DNA from: Acidimicrobiia bacterium UBA2766
Lineage (GTDB): Bacteria > Actinomycetota > Acidimicrobiia > UBA2766
DNA length: 51,694 nt
Reading direction: 5' to 3'
Assembly: GCA_002352645.1 (NCBI GenBank)
Contig: DEIU01000098.1
Span: 11,278-62,971, forward strand
Position numbers and translations under genes: made by a program. Each line of letters starts with the position of its first letter. Position 1 is the stretch's first letter. Shown in pieces: positions 36,028 to 46,281 of this stretch. Below the pieces are notes generated by a model. It did no database searches. It had not been told where the DNA came from and saw only the letters and a list, made by a program, of their open reading frames with translations.

Positions 36028-37317
36028 TTAGACGGAACGCACACTTACACGCAGGCCAAGCCCGGCAATATGCGCGCAAATTTCTTCTTCGTAAAGTGGA
36101 TTCATTACCAAAATTGTTGCGGGCAGACTTTCGGGAGAAAGAGAAGAAAGCGTCTCTGGGGCAATCACGCGGTGCGCAGTCCCCGGCACAAACTTCTCCT
36201 GTTTCCCAGGATTCAGGTCGACTGCACACGTCACTTCACGGCAACGTGGTAACAAATTCAAAAACATCACGCCTTTGGATCCGGCACCCCACACCGCGAC
36301 TGGGCCGGCAGCAAGAGCGACATCGAGCTGCGTGGCACTCTCGGTGATCGCCACTCGATGGGCCTCTGCAAAAGCATGCACCAAACCAGTGAGCTCAGAG
36401 AGGTCCGCCACACCCACACGCGCCGCAGTGTCCTGTCGGTCGCCGTCAACTACCCCAGCCTGTTCCCCACCTGGAAGAGGGGCCGCATGCACGCCAAGAT
36501 ACTGCCCGCCAAAAGCAGGAGCAAGATCGAGCACGCGAAAACCAGCCTTCTCAAAAAGGCACGCCAGGGCCTCAGCAGCAAAGTACAGACAATGCTCGTA
36601 AATCACATCCCAAATACCACCACCGGCCAGCGTAAACCGCAAGTTCGGTACTTCAAAATAGAGTCGCGTGTCATGCCGGTCTGCAATTGCAGCGCGCACA
36701 CTCTGGAGAAAAGCGAAAGGAGCGGGAAGGTGCTCGAGCACATGCCGGCACACTATGAGATCCGCCCCTTTTGCGTGGAGAGGCGAATAAAACTCCCGCA
36801 GAAAACGCACAGACGTTTGACGACCGTCTCGGCCTTCTCCGACTTCGGCAGACGGCACACCCGGAACAGGCGCATATGACGGGTCGAAACCTAGCCCTTG
36901 CGCAGAAGTTCGCGCACAGAGCAGACGTAAAAAATCGCCTTTTCCCGCTCCGATTTCTACGATCTTTTTGCCGGTCAGGTCGTAGCGAGTCGAGAGATCC
37001 GTTATAAGACTATCAGCGTACCGACGAAATAGAGGAGAGAAATGTAAAGAGTTCTCGTAGGCAGGAGAATATGCCACAAGATCAGGAAAAAAGGCCACGT
37101 TCGCAACAAGCCCACATTCCTGACAAAAAGCAAGTCGAACTTCCCCAAGAGGAGCTTCGCGTGCCTCTTGAGCTGTGGGAAAAAGCGCATTACAAAAAAC
37201 CGGCACTGCACCTAAATCCAGAAAAGGCGCAGAAAAAGCTGCCCCGCAAGCTGGACAAAAAGCAGGAACAACACCTGTTGTTCCTGGCGCAGTATCGAGA
37301 CCTCTCTGCACCGTCAT
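36028..37317 (-). CDS. NDP-sugar C-methyltransferase family protein
   Basis: CPAC...CQEC zinc motif, EIGAGKG, RHVLEH, YFEVP, IYEH..YF, WGAGSKG, VDLNP.KQ. Confidence 0.88.
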   Translation of the reverse strand: MTVQRGLDTAPGTTGVVPAFCPACGAAFSAPFLDLGAVPVFCNALFPTAQEAREAPLGEVRLAFCQECGLVANVAFFPDLVAYSPAYENSLHFSPLFRRYADSLITDLSTRYDLTGKKIVEIGAGKGDFLRLLCARTSAQGLGFDPSYAPVPGVPSAEVGEGRDGRQTSVRFLREFYSPLHAKGADLIVCRHVLEHLPAPFAFLQSVRAAIADRHDTRLYFEVPNLRFTLAGGGIWDVIYEHCLYFAAEALACLFEKAGFRVLDLAPAFGGQYLGVHAAPLPGGEQAGVVDGDRQDTAARVGVADLSELTGLVHAFAEAHRVAITESATQLDVALAAGPVAVWGAGSKGVMFLNLLPRCREVTCAVDLNPGKQEKFVPGTAHRVIAPETLSSLSPESLPATILVMNPLYEEEICAHIAGLGLRVSVRSV

Positions 37318-37416
37318 TCCTACCTCTCCACCTTCATTCCCACTTCTGCACGGAGTGTAGAGAACGAGTCATACCATGCCCAGAAATAGGTCATAAATCG
37401 AGATTTCGCTTGGCTT

Positions 37417-38625
37417 TCACACGGTCACGAGACGGGCTTCAACACCGAGCGCGCGCAGTGAATCGCCGATTTCTTTCTCGTAAACTGGGTTCATCACAAT
37501 CACGGTCTCTGGGCGATAGTCACGCAAAAACGTGGGCGGGACGATCTCCTGCCCTGTTCCTGCCATAAACATACCATGCTTGTACGGATTAATATCGACA
37601 ACATAACGGATCTCCTCGCGTATGCCAAGACTCGTCAAAAAAGACACACCCTTCGAACCAGAACCCCAACACACCACCTTGCCGCCATTCGATGTGGCCT
37701 CGGCAATAAGGTCTTGCCAGTCGCGCAGATGACGAGGATGCTGCTCTGTAAAATGCTCCACGGCAAGGCGCGTCTTCTCCAGGTCATCCTCAAGCCGGAG
37801 AAGACCGGCAATTTTCTCCCGCTCGTCTGTACCACTCTCTTGTGCAGTCGCACAGGGTCGGGCGTCGATCATGATGTACTGATCGTCGTACGCGAGCCAG
37901 AGGTCGATAGGAACAAGACCCGTACGTCGAAAAAGACGGGAGAGAGAGCCTGGAGTGAAATAAGAGCAATGCTCATAGTAAATATCCCAAAAAGCAACTT
38001 CTTCGAGGACTCGCAGCGTGTCAGGAAGCTCAAAATACACAAGTTTCCGGGAATCCAGTCCAAGAGAATCCCGTAAAACACCAAGAAATTCTTCCACAGG
38101 CCAAATGTGTTCCAGTGTGTGACGGCACACCACAAAATCCCCAGTGAGATGGGCGTGTTCTTTGGAATAAAGATCCTGGATAAAGCTGATACGAGACGTG
38201 GTCGTGCGCTCAGTACGCTCAGGCCGATAACCGGGGTCGATTCCCACCCCGTCACAGCCACCCATCTCACAAAAAAGGACGAGAAACTCTCCCTTTCCAC
38301 ACCCAATCTCGAAGACTTTTTTGCCCGCCAATTCATATTTTTCGAGATAATGCGCGCACACATCACGGGCGAATTCCCGAAAAACAGGCGAGAAGGCCTG
38401 GGTCTCTTCATAGCGGGTGGAGTACGCGTTATTCGCCTGATCAAATGCCAAGTTTGAAATGAATCCACACTTCTCGCAGAAACCGAGACGGATGTCCCCA
38501 GTTGGAAATTCCTGCGCTTCGTCCTGCGTAGAAAGAAGCAGACAACTATGCACAGGCACAGCGTTCTGTTCATGAAAAACGCGCATAGCCGGGGTCGCGC
38601 AGGCTGGACACGCAGATGCAGTCAA
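37417..38625 (-). CDS. NDP-sugar C-methyltransferase family protein
   Basis: AAGGAG RBS then TTG; CPAC...CEKC, EIGCGKG, RHTLEH, YYEH.SYF, WGSGSKG, VDINP.K. Confidence 0.88.
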   Translation of the reverse strand: MTASACPACATPAMRVFHEQNAVPVHSCLLLSTQDEAQEFPTGDIRLGFCEKCGFISNLAFDQANNAYSTRYEETQAFSPVFREFARDVCAHYLEKYELAGKKVFEIGCGKGEFLVLFCEMGGCDGVGIDPGYRPERTERTTTSRISFIQDLYSKEHAHLTGDFVVCRHTLEHIWPVEEFLGVLRDSLGLDSRKLVYFELPDTLRVLEEVAFWDIYYEHCSYFTPGSLSRLFRRTGLVPIDLWLAYDDQYIMIDARPCATAQESGTDEREKIAGLLRLEDDLEKTRLAVEHFTEQHPRHLRDWQDLIAEATSNGGKVVCWGSGSKGVSFLTSLGIREEIRYVVDINPYKHGMFMAGTGQEIVPPTFLRDYRPETVIVMNPVYEKEIGDSLRALGVEARLVTV

Positions 38626-38737
38626 AAAGAACTCCTTCCAATAAAAAGTCCAAGAGAAGAAAAACCGCAGAGAGAACATGCAGCCTCTCAAACCACCAGG
38701 TCTTCTTTTCTACAAAAAAGTTTTTCCAAGAACTCCT

Positions 38738-39955
38738 TCAGATCACGATGGGAGACGGAACCGGAAGAATGAACTTCCCACCTGCTGCACGGTATGTCTG
38801 CTGCTGTGCCAGGATCTCCTCTTTGAAGTTCCATGCCAGCAGAAGCACATAATCCGGTCGATCTTCAAGGAGTCGGGAAGGCGGCAGAATAGGCAAATGC
38901 GCACCTGGCATGTACATGCCTTGTTTCCGCGGATTTCGGTCCACAACAAAATCCACGAGATCGGTCCCAATGCCCGCCACATTCAGCAAAGTCGCGCCTT
39001 TTGCAGCAGCACCATACGCGGCAATCCGGGAACCTGTGGCACGCAACTCTTGCAGCAGTGCAAGCAGATCAGTTTTCACGGCATCAACTCGTCGGGCAAA
39101 AGCCGTGTAGTAATCAAAATGCACAAGAGTCTCGGCTTCTCCCGCAAGAAAAGCCGAGACAGAATCGTCTGGACAAGACGTCTTCTCCATGAACCAGCGG
39201 AGAGTTCCTCCGTGCAAATCAGGGAAATACTCCACTCGGTTCAGGAAAAGGCCATGACGCTCCATCAGAGCTTTGATGGAATGACAGGAGTGATAGAAGA
39301 AGTGCTCATGATAGATAGTGTCAAATTCGCAATGCTGAATGAGATCGCGCACATAGGGATTCTCGACAGTGATGACCCCATCGTCGGCGAGAAGAAGCGC
39401 CATGCCGGCGACGACATCGTTCGGGTCAGGCACATGGGCCATCACATTGTTTGCCACGATCACGTCGGCATGCTTCCCCTCTGCCACAAGACGGCAGGCA
39501 AGGTCAGCGCCAAAAAACTCAGACAAAGTCGGAACGCCTGCTGCAACAGCAGCAGCGGCTTGCGCGGGAGCGGGATCCACACCCAGCACAGGGACACCCG
39601 CCTTCAGGAAGTGTTGCAAAAGATAACCGTCATTACTTGCAATCTCAACAACAAGGCTCTCAGACCCAAGGCCACGTGTCCCTGTCAGGGTTTCCACATG
39701 CCGGCGAGCATGCTCGAGCAAGGTGTCGGAGTAGGACGAAAAATAGAGATAGTTCGCGACAAAAAGTTTCTCGGGGGGCACATCCTCAATCAGCTGCACC
39801 TGGGTACACGAAGAACAAAAGGCGAGCGTAAGCGGGAAACGCTCTTCCGTGCGATCGAGGTCTTCCGGCCGAAGCAGCGCATCGGCAAGGGGGGTCTGTC
39901 CTAAGTCCAAAAAGCTACGAAGCGGACCCTGCCCACAAGATCGACATGTTATCAC
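38738..39955 (-). CDS. NDP-hexose 3-C-methyltransferase, canonical TylCIII/TcaB9-like motifs
   Basis: [55 protein letters not shown]. Confidence 0.93.
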   Translation of the reverse strand: MITCRSCGQGPLRSFLDLGQTPLADALLRPEDLDRTEERFPLTLAFCSSCTQVQLIEDVPPEKLFVANYLYFSSYSDTLLEHARRHVETLTGTRGLGSESLVVEIASNDGYLLQHFLKAGVPVLGVDPAPAQAAAAVAAGVPTLSEFFGADLACRLVAEGKHADVIVANNVMAHVPDPNDVVAGMALLLADDGVITVENPYVRDLIQHCEFDTIYHEHFFYHSCHSIKALMERHGLFLNRVEYFPDLHGGTLRWFMEKTSCPDDSVSAFLAGEAETLVHFDYYTAFARRVDAVKTDLLALLQELRATGSRIAAYGAAAKGATLLNVAGIGTDLVDFVVDRNPRKQGMYMPGAHLPILPPSRLLEDRPDYVLLLAWNFKEEILAQQQTYRAAGGKFILPVPSPIVI

Positions 39956-41031
39956 TGCTGCTCGCTTCCGATCCCTACAGCACTTTTCCCGAAAATCGGA
40001 CGTAGATCCGTTGTGATATGCCCCGCGTTCAGGAGTTCCCGGACTCGAGCAATACGCTGATAACCCGGACCAGTCAGATCCTCAAGCGTGATACCTGTCG
40101 TGGTATAGACAGCCAAAAGCTCCGCAACACCGTCAGCAACCGTCCAGCGTGGAGAAAAACCAGGAATGCTGCTCGCAAGCTTGTCGCAGTTCACCCGGTA
40201 GTTCCGAATGTCAGGACCAGCACCATCAGCAAAACCAATCTTGCTGCCAGGAACAAGATCTTCCACGATTTTCGCGACATCTCGTATCTGATAATTCTCC
40301 TGCGTGCTCCCCACATTAAATGCTTCATTGTGGATCAGGGCACGAGGGGCCTCAAGGAGCGCAAGAAAAGCCCGAGAAATATCCTCGATATGCACGAGAG
40401 GCCGCCAAGGAGTGCCATCGCTCTTCATGCGGACTTCGCCCGTTATCGTGGCATAACCAGTGAGATTGTTCACCACAAGATCAGCACGCAGGCGAGGAGA
40501 GAGCCCATAGGCCGTGGCATTGCGCAAATAGATTGGACTGAACGCCTCATCAGCGAGTTGCGCAAGATCCCGTTCAGCCAAAACTTTTGAGGTGCCATAG
40601 GGGGTCACAGGATGGAAGGCGGCTGTCTCATCAAGAAAATCGTCCCCGGCAGCTCCGTACAAACTACAGGAAGAGGAGAAAAGGAAACGGGAAACTCCCG
40701 CGTCTTTCGCGGCTTTCGCCAAAGAGACTGTGCCAAGATGATTAATCTCATAGGTACACTCGGGATGCAAATTCCCCAAAGGGTCATTCGAGATACCAGC
40801 CAGATGGACAACAGCGTCAAAGCCTGCAAGCTCAGCGGGAAGAATGTCGCGGATGTCTTTCCGTATGGCGGGAACATGTGGCACACCAAGGTGACAAGGA
40901 TCGCTCCCCTCAAAACCACATCCCTCAAAAAGGAAACTGTCCAAACCGACGACCTCATGTCCAGCTTCAAGAAAAAGCGGAACAAGCACACTACCGATAT
41001 ATCCATCGTGACCAGAGACGAGGACTTGCAT
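39952..41031 (-). CDS. NAD-dependent sugar epimerase/dehydratase (extended SDR)
   Basis: [45 protein letters not shown]. Confidence 0.93.
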   Translation of the reverse strand: MQVLVSGHDGYIGSVLVPLFLEAGHEVVGLDSFLFEGCGFEGSDPCHLGVPHVPAIRKDIRDILPAELAGFDAVVHLAGISNDPLGNLHPECTYEINHLGTVSLAKAAKDAGVSRFLFSSSCSLYGAAGDDFLDETAAFHPVTPYGTSKVLAERDLAQLADEAFSPIYLRNATAYGLSPRLRADLVVNNLTGYATITGEVRMKSDGTPWRPLVHIEDISRAFLALLEAPRALIHNEAFNVGSTQENYQIRDVAKIVEDLVPGSKIGFADGAGPDIRNYRVNCDKLASSIPGFSPRWTVADGVAELLAVYTTTGITLEDLTGPGYQRIARVRELLNAGHITTDLRPIFGKSAVGIGSEQQ

Positions 41032-41032
41032 C

Positions 41033-41806
41033 TCAGTCTTTCCACGTCTTCCACATGGCCTCGTCGCCCTCCCAGAGTTCGGCCAACAGTCGCTTGTCAC
41101 GAAGAGTGTCCATGCACTGCCAAAAGCCGGTGTGTTTATACGCCATCAACTCGCCATCTTTGGCAAGCTGTTCCAGAGGTTGACGTTCCCACTGGGTTTC
41201 GTCTCCCTCTATATAGTTGAAGACCCCTGGTTCACACACGAAAAAAGCCCCATTAATCCAGCCTTCTCCGGTTTGAGGCTTCTCAGAAAACTCCTGTATG
41301 GCGTCTCCCTGAATGTCAAGGTGTCCAAAACGGGCAGGAGGCCGTACCGCGGTCAGGGTGCAGAGTTTTCCATGGGAACGGTGGAAATCCAACAGTTTCC
41401 CAAGATCCACATTCGAGACACCATCCCCCCAAGTCAGAAAAAACGTTTCATCCCCAAGATAGGGGGCAAGTCGCCTAATGCGACCGCCGGTCAGCGTGGC
41501 TTTTCCCGTGTCGACAAGCTCAATTTTCCAGTCTTCGGGAGGCAGTCCATGAGGAATCACTTTTCCTGTCGCGGGAAAAACCGTGAGATTAGGAGAAAGA
41601 ATTGTATCTTCCACAAAATACCGTTTTATGCACTCACCCTTGTACCCTAAAGCCACCACAAATTTCTTGTACCCATACACACGATAGTGCTTCATGATAT
41701 GCCAGAGCAGGGGCTTTCCCCCGATTTCGACCATGGGCTTTGGCCGAATCTCTGTTTCTTCCGCAAGGCGCGTGCCCACTCCTCCGGCCAAAATCGCTAC
41801 ATTCAC
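41033..41806 (-). CDS. rfbF: Glucose-1-phosphate cytidylyltransferase
   Basis: [54 protein letters not shown]. Confidence 0.96.
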   Translation of the reverse strand: MNVAILAGGVGTRLAEETEIRPKPMVEIGGKPLLWHIMKHYRVYGYKKFVVALGYKGECIKRYFVEDTILSPNLTVFPATGKVIPHGLPPEDWKIELVDTGKATLTGGRIRRLAPYLGDETFFLTWGDGVSNVDLGKLLDFHRSHGKLCTLTAVRPPARFGHLDIQGDAIQEFSEKPQTGEGWINGAFFVCEPGVFNYIEGDETQWERQPLEQLAKDGELMAYKHTGFWQCMDTLRDKRLLAELWEGDEAMWKTWKD

Positions 41807-41911
41807 AGCTCCACCCTCGTGTTGGCCTACTCCACGAGCGTCTTTATCGCACGCGGACGTCAAGCAATACGCGAGGTGATAGTAGCGAACAGAATAGAAC
41901 CGTGCAGGAGA

Positions 41912-43084
41912 TCACACTCTTTCGACAAGAGTGGCATTCGCGAGGCCACCACCTTCACACATTGTCTGCAGTCCATATCGGCCGTCTCTCCGCGAAAGTT
42001 CATGTAGCAGCGTGGTCATAAGTTTCGCTCCAGTACATCCAAGAGGATGTCCGAGCGCAATCGCGCCCCCGTTCACATTGAGCTTGGCGGGGTCAGCCTC
42101 GATATCATGCAACCACGCGAGAGGCACAGAAGCAAACGCCTCGTTCACTTCATAAAGGTCAACATCGTCGATGGAAAGATCGGCTCGGTCGAGGAGTTTG
42201 CGCGTGGCAGGAATGGGGGCAGAAAGCATAATGGCAGGATCATCTCCCACGACTGTCATGGCCACAATACGGGCCAATGGCACAAGGCCTGATGCTTTCA
42301 TCCCGCGCTCGTTCATGACCAGCAGCGCAGCCGCTCCATCTGCAATCTGGCTGGAAGTACCGGCAGTGAGCAGGCCGTCATCCGCAAGTGGAGAGAGGCG
42401 GCGCATGGCGCTCAGGTCGGCATTGTAACGAATACACTCATCCCGCAGATGCGTCTCTGTCGCACCGTCTTCAAGAGTCACTTCCACTGGCATGATTTCG
42501 GCCTCAAAATGGCCTTCTTCTGTGGCCCGCATAGACCGTTGGTGGCTTTCCAAGCCAAACTGGTCAAGTTGATCCCGCGTCAAACCCCATTTTTTCGCCA
42601 TCATCTCTGCCCCGGCGAACTGGTTGAACTTGACACCGGGATAACGTTTTTTCATCCCGACACCATAAGGGGATCCGAAACCAGCACGGTGGCCGGCAAT
42701 GGCATTGGCCCCAATCGGTACTTGACTCATCGATTCGACGCCTGCGGCCACGATCACATCGTGCACTCCGGACATCACTGCTTGGGCAGCAAAATGCAGA
42801 GCCTGTTGGGAAGAACCACACTGGCGGTCAACGGTCGTACCCGGTACTGATTCGGGAAGAGAAGAAGAGAGCACCGCGTTGCGCGCAATATTGGATCCTT
42901 GCGCTCCTACCTGATCCACATTTCCCATTATCACGTCTTCAATGACAACAGGATCAATCTTTGAACGAGAAACAAGCTCATCCAAAACAAGGGCAGCCAG
43001 ATCGATGGGATGCACTCGTGAGAGCATGCCATTCTTGCGTCCTGTAGGCGTGCGGACAGCACTGACAATATACGCATCAGACAT
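41912..43084 (-). CDS. Acetyl-CoA C-acyltransferase (thiolase)
   Basis: DRQCGSSQQA, NEAFA, GGAIALGHPLG, TMCEGGG. Confidence 0.96.
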   Translation of the reverse strand: MSDAYIVSAVRTPTGRKNGMLSRVHPIDLAALVLDELVSRSKIDPVVIEDVIMGNVDQVGAQGSNIARNAVLSSSLPESVPGTTVDRQCGSSQQALHFAAQAVMSGVHDVIVAAGVESMSQVPIGANAIAGHRAGFGSPYGVGMKKRYPGVKFNQFAGAEMMAKKWGLTRDQLDQFGLESHQRSMRATEEGHFEAEIMPVEVTLEDGATETHLRDECIRYNADLSAMRRLSPLADDGLLTAGTSSQIADGAAALLVMNERGMKASGLVPLARIVAMTVVGDDPAIMLSAPIPATRKLLDRADLSIDDVDLYEVNEAFASVPLAWLHDIEADPAKLNVNGGAIALGHPLGCTGAKLMTTLLHELSRRDGRYGLQTMCEGGGLANATLVERV

Positions 43085-43432
43085 GAGAAACGCTCCCCTC
43101 ATTCCTTCCCACGCGCGGCAGTGGAAAAACCTGGAACCGACAGAATATGCAGTTCCAACAAGACGAATCGTCCCGAATACATGTATCGAATGATATACCC
43201 ACGACACAAAGATCGGTACGATCCCCTTGCCCACGCAGAGAAGATCACGGCACACAACCCGTGAGAAATAGTACGCGTCAGAGGAAGAAGACAAAGAATG
43301 CCGGCAAATGCGAGGAAAGCTAAAAACCCAGAACAACGCCCCAAGTAAAGAGCTTTCCCCGCCACGACAACACACGCGCATACGCACGAATGAGGGCACA
43401 AACACAGGGGTGCGGCGAACAGGGAGCGACAA

Positions 43433-43456
43433 CAAGAGGCCGTTGGGCGCCTCTTG
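43433..43456 (-). terminator. Hairpin after carD
   Basis: CAAGAGGC-N8-GCCTCTTG, a few nt past the carD stop; weak U-tract (ttgtt) on the minus strand. Confidence 0.55.
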
Positions 43457-43460
43457 CCTC

Positions 43461-44147
43461 TTACCCTTCGTCGATTTCGGCGCTCTCTACCTCGGTAGGC
43501 TCTTCGCTGGGTTCCTCGGTAGGCTCTTCGCCGGGTTCCTCGGTAGGCTCTTCCATTTCCGCAGGCGCATCTGAGGCTTGCACGCGGGCGGATTTCTTTT
43601 CTTTCTCAGCTTTCGCGCGTTCGTTCAGGTTTCGGACCATCTCGGGATTGATCGCCAAAGCCCTATCGATCTTGGCGCCCGCCTCTTCACGGACAACTGT
43701 CCATGTGATCGCGAGTTCTCCTTCCAGGCTGTGACGCGCTGCCTTCAGCAGTCGTTTTTCTCCCGCCGAGACAGGCTTTTTTGCGTCAGCTACTTCAAGG
43801 TTCCTGATCAGCTCCGCGATCTGGATGGGATCACCAGAGTGGAGCTTCTCATTGTGCGCTTTAAAGCGGCGGGACCATTGAGCCGACTGCGCCGTCGACT
43901 CCTCACTCAAAATAGTAAGAACTTCCTTGGCGACAGATTTCGGCATCGGAAGGCGCACTCCGATTTCTTCCAGCTTGTCGGTAGGAGCTTTTAGAACGAG
44001 ATCATTCTCTTCAGATCGTACGACGAGATATTCGCGTTCCTCACCAAAAATAGTCTGGATTTCGACACCGACAACGGTGACGGGACCGTGAGGAGGGTAG
44101 ACGATCCGCTCGTTCTCCTTGAGATTCAGCTTCTTGTTCGCTGTCAT
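43461..44147 (-). CDS. carD: CarD family RNA polymerase-binding regulator with acidic tail
   Basis: IVYPPHG, IGVR, QWSRRFK (conserved Trp), KL.SGD, SAGEKRLL..AR..L.GE. Confidence 0.92.
   Translation of the reverse strand: MTANKKLNLKENERIVYPPHGPVTVVGVEIQTIFGEEREYLVVRSEENDLVLKAPTDKLEEIGVRLPMPKSVAKEVLTILSEESTAQSAQWSRRFKAHNEKLHSGDPIQIAELIRNLEVADAKKPVSAGEKRLLKAARHSLEGELAITWTVVREEAGAKIDRALAINPEMVRNLNERAKAEKEKKSARVQASDAPAEMEEPTEEPGEEPTEEPSEEPTEVESAEIDEG
43490..43553. repeat. 24-bp coding tandem repeat (about 2.7 copies)
   Basis: CCTCGGTAGGCTCTTCGCYGGGTT units encoding EEPTEEPG/EEPTEEPS. Confidence 0.9.
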
Positions 44148-44417
44148 TCGCGATGAGCACTTCCGCAGGTCATAGGGGCAATTAGACAAAGAAAAAGGTC
44201 AAAAAGAGGCCCGCTTCACACATACGCCTCTCGACGACCCCACATTCTACAGCATACTCCAGAACCGAATCAGAGACATCAATGGCAGCCCCGACCTGCC
44301 TATGGAGTAGTTTCCAAACTGCCCACAAAGACCCCATACAACTGAGAACACCTCATGCTACCGATTCCGTCCCCCTCGTCCCCCTTCACTTTACCTGCCA
44401 AGGTCTACAAGACCCCC

Positions 44418-44440
44418 CTGGGAAACAGGGTGTTTCCCAG
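44418..44440. promoter_or_regulatory. 10-bp perfect inverted repeat between divergent carD and bldC
   Basis: CTGGGAAACA-ggg-TGTTTCCCAG. Confidence 0.45.
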
Positions 44441-44547
44441 AAAAAACCACACGCGAACAGGGTTTTTGCAAAAAGCAGCTTTAGGCGGTTTGAGTAAATC
44501 GTCGTGTCGATTGATGTTTTTCCCACTTTTCCAGATACGCTGAAATA

Positions 44548-44766
44548 GTGTCTGACGACGTGAATGAAATGAACAGCAACACAAAAATGTCCAGCAGGCT
44601 TCTGACCGTTTCGGAAGTTGCGGAATTGTTCGGGGTCTCCGCGAAAACGGTGTCCCGATGGGCCCGAGAAGGGAAACTCGCCTCTGTGCGAACCCTCGGA
44701 GGTCATCGCCGTTTCCGCGAATCCTACATCAACAGTCTTCTCGATGAGTTACATCCAGACGAGTAA
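44548..44766 (+). CDS. bldC: BldC family MerR-like transcriptional regulator
   Basis: LLTVSEVAELFGVSAKTVSRWAREGKLASVRTLGGHRRFR; TACGCT lies 6 nt before the GTG. Confidence 0.88.
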   Translation: MSDDVNEMNSNTKMSSRLLTVSEVAELFGVSAKTVSRWAREGKLASVRTLGGHRRFRESYINSLLDELHPDE

Positions 44767-44890
44767 GCCCTCTTGAACACCTAGAAGCTCCCCCGTCATC
44801 ATTCTGGCGGCCAACCGCATCTCGGTGTGTCCGTTTCCTGCCGGCAACGACATGCCCTCCCGGAACTAAACCACCGGAGAGCACCAGGAC

Positions 44891-44928
44891 GCTGTCCAGG
44901 GCCCCCTATTGAGGGGTCCCAGACAGCT
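44891..44928. terminator. Imperfect long hairpin between convergent bldC and aminotransferase
   Basis: GCTGTCCAGGGCCCCCT-attg-AGGGGTCCCAGACAGC. Confidence 0.5.
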
Positions 44929-44983
44929 GTCTGCCTCCTCCAGATCATCTCCTCAGAACGGGCCGTATGCAAGACAAAATCTG

Positions 44984-46180
44984 TTAGCTCCTGCTCAAGA
45001 GGTGCTTTATCCGGCCCAACCCCTCTTCCAACAGGTCATCAGCGAGCGCGTAGGAAAGCCGTAAATATCCAGGTGCACCAAATGCCTCGCCTGGAACAAC
45101 CGCGACCCCGGCTTCAGAGAGCAAAAGATCAGCCACATCCATGCTGGAGCCCAGCTTTTTTCCTTTTATCTCTCTGGCGAAAAGCCCCGTTACCGAAGGA
45201 AAAGCATAGAAAGCGCCTTCCGGCTCACAGCATTCAATCCCCTCGATAGCCTGCAAACCTTCGTACATAACTTTTCTACGGCGATCAAAGGCGAGCCGCA
45301 TTTTTATGACCGGCTCCTGCGGTCCAGTCAGCGCGGTCAGCGCAGCAGCCTGCGAAACATTTGAAACATTCGAGGTCATATGCCCTTGGAGACGGCTGAT
45401 TTGCCGGATTGCTGCAGGCGGTCCAAGCATCCAGCCCAAGCGCCAACCGGTCATAGCGTAGCTCTTGGACACCCCGTTCAACACAAGAGCCCGCTCTGCG
45501 AGTTCTGGAACTGCTCCTACCAGAGAAGAAAACCGAGATTCCCCGTAGACCAAATCGCCATAGATATCATCGGTGATCACCCAAATCCCTTTTTCTGCTG
45601 CCCATTCTGCCAAAGCGCGAGTTTCTTCTGGCGAATACACAGCCCCCGTAGGATTCGAAGGAGAGACAAAAAGCAAGGCCTTCGTGCGATTCGTGCAATA
45701 ACTCTCAAGCTGCTGCACAGAAGCCCGGAAACCCACGGTCTCATCTGTGGGAACAGCAACCGGCACACCTCCCAGCCAAGAAATAATATCAGGGTAGGTC
45801 ACCCAGTACGGAGCAGGAACCAGCACTTCATCGCCCTCGTCAAGCACAGCAGCAAAAGCGTTGAAAACTGCGTGCTTCGCTCCATTCGTCACAACAACTT
45901 GGCTGGGCGCATAGTCAAGCCCCGTCATCTCATTCGTCTTGGCGGCCACCGCGCTGCGTAGTTCCTCGTTTCCCGCGACTCCTGTGTAATGATGGAAAGC
46001 AGGATCTGCACAGGCAGCTTGGGCAGCTTCCACGATATGTTCCGGTGTTGCAAAATCAGGCTCGCCGGCACCAAAACCGATCACGTCTTGGCCGGCAGCC
46101 TTCAGTGCTTTCGCCTTGGCGGTAATCGCCATGGTGGCGGACTCTGCGAGCGCGTCCGCACGCTTCGAAAGAGCAATCAT
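44984..46180 (-). CDS. aspC: Aspartate aminotransferase (class I/II PLP)
   Basis: GAGEPDF, NGAK, PYWVTY, SPSNPTG, DDIY, NGVSKSYAMTGWRLG, PEGAFY. Confidence 0.93.
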   Translation of the reverse strand: MIALSKRADALAESATMAITAKAKALKAAGQDVIGFGAGEPDFATPEHIVEAAQAACADPAFHHYTGVAGNEELRSAVAAKTNEMTGLDYAPSQVVVTNGAKHAVFNAFAAVLDEGDEVLVPAPYWVTYPDIISWLGGVPVAVPTDETVGFRASVQQLESYCTNRTKALLFVSPSNPTGAVYSPEETRALAEWAAEKGIWVITDDIYGDLVYGESRFSSLVGAVPELAERALVLNGVSKSYAMTGWRLGWMLGPPAAIRQISRLQGHMTSNVSNVSQAAALTALTGPQEPVIKMRLAFDRRRKVMYEGLQAIEGIECCEPEGAFYAFPSVTGLFAREIKGKKLGSSMDVADLLLSEAGVAVVPGEAFGAPGYLRLSYALADDLLEEGLGRIKHLLSRS

Positions 46181-46281
46181 TGGTCGTGTCTCCAAAAAAA
46201 GAGGGTAAGGGGGTACTGGAATCATCGCCATTCTCCTACCATCCTGCCAGAATCCCTGCACCCAAAATGATATAGGCTGGT

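Noticed and set aside
38678-39904. 408-aa plus-strand ORF (similar case at 49563-50774)
   Set aside because: Antisense to well-supported genes, with no motifs
43085-43435. 117-aa N-terminal extension of the thiolase
   Set aside because: Non-homologous; GGAG RBS precedes ATG 43084. The region holds a small ATACATGTAT dyad (43177-43186) too short to call.
44767-44983. Candidate ncRNA (6C/SRP-like) between bldC and the aminotransferase
   Set aside because: Hairpins present but no C-rich loops or SRP motif; treated as a terminator
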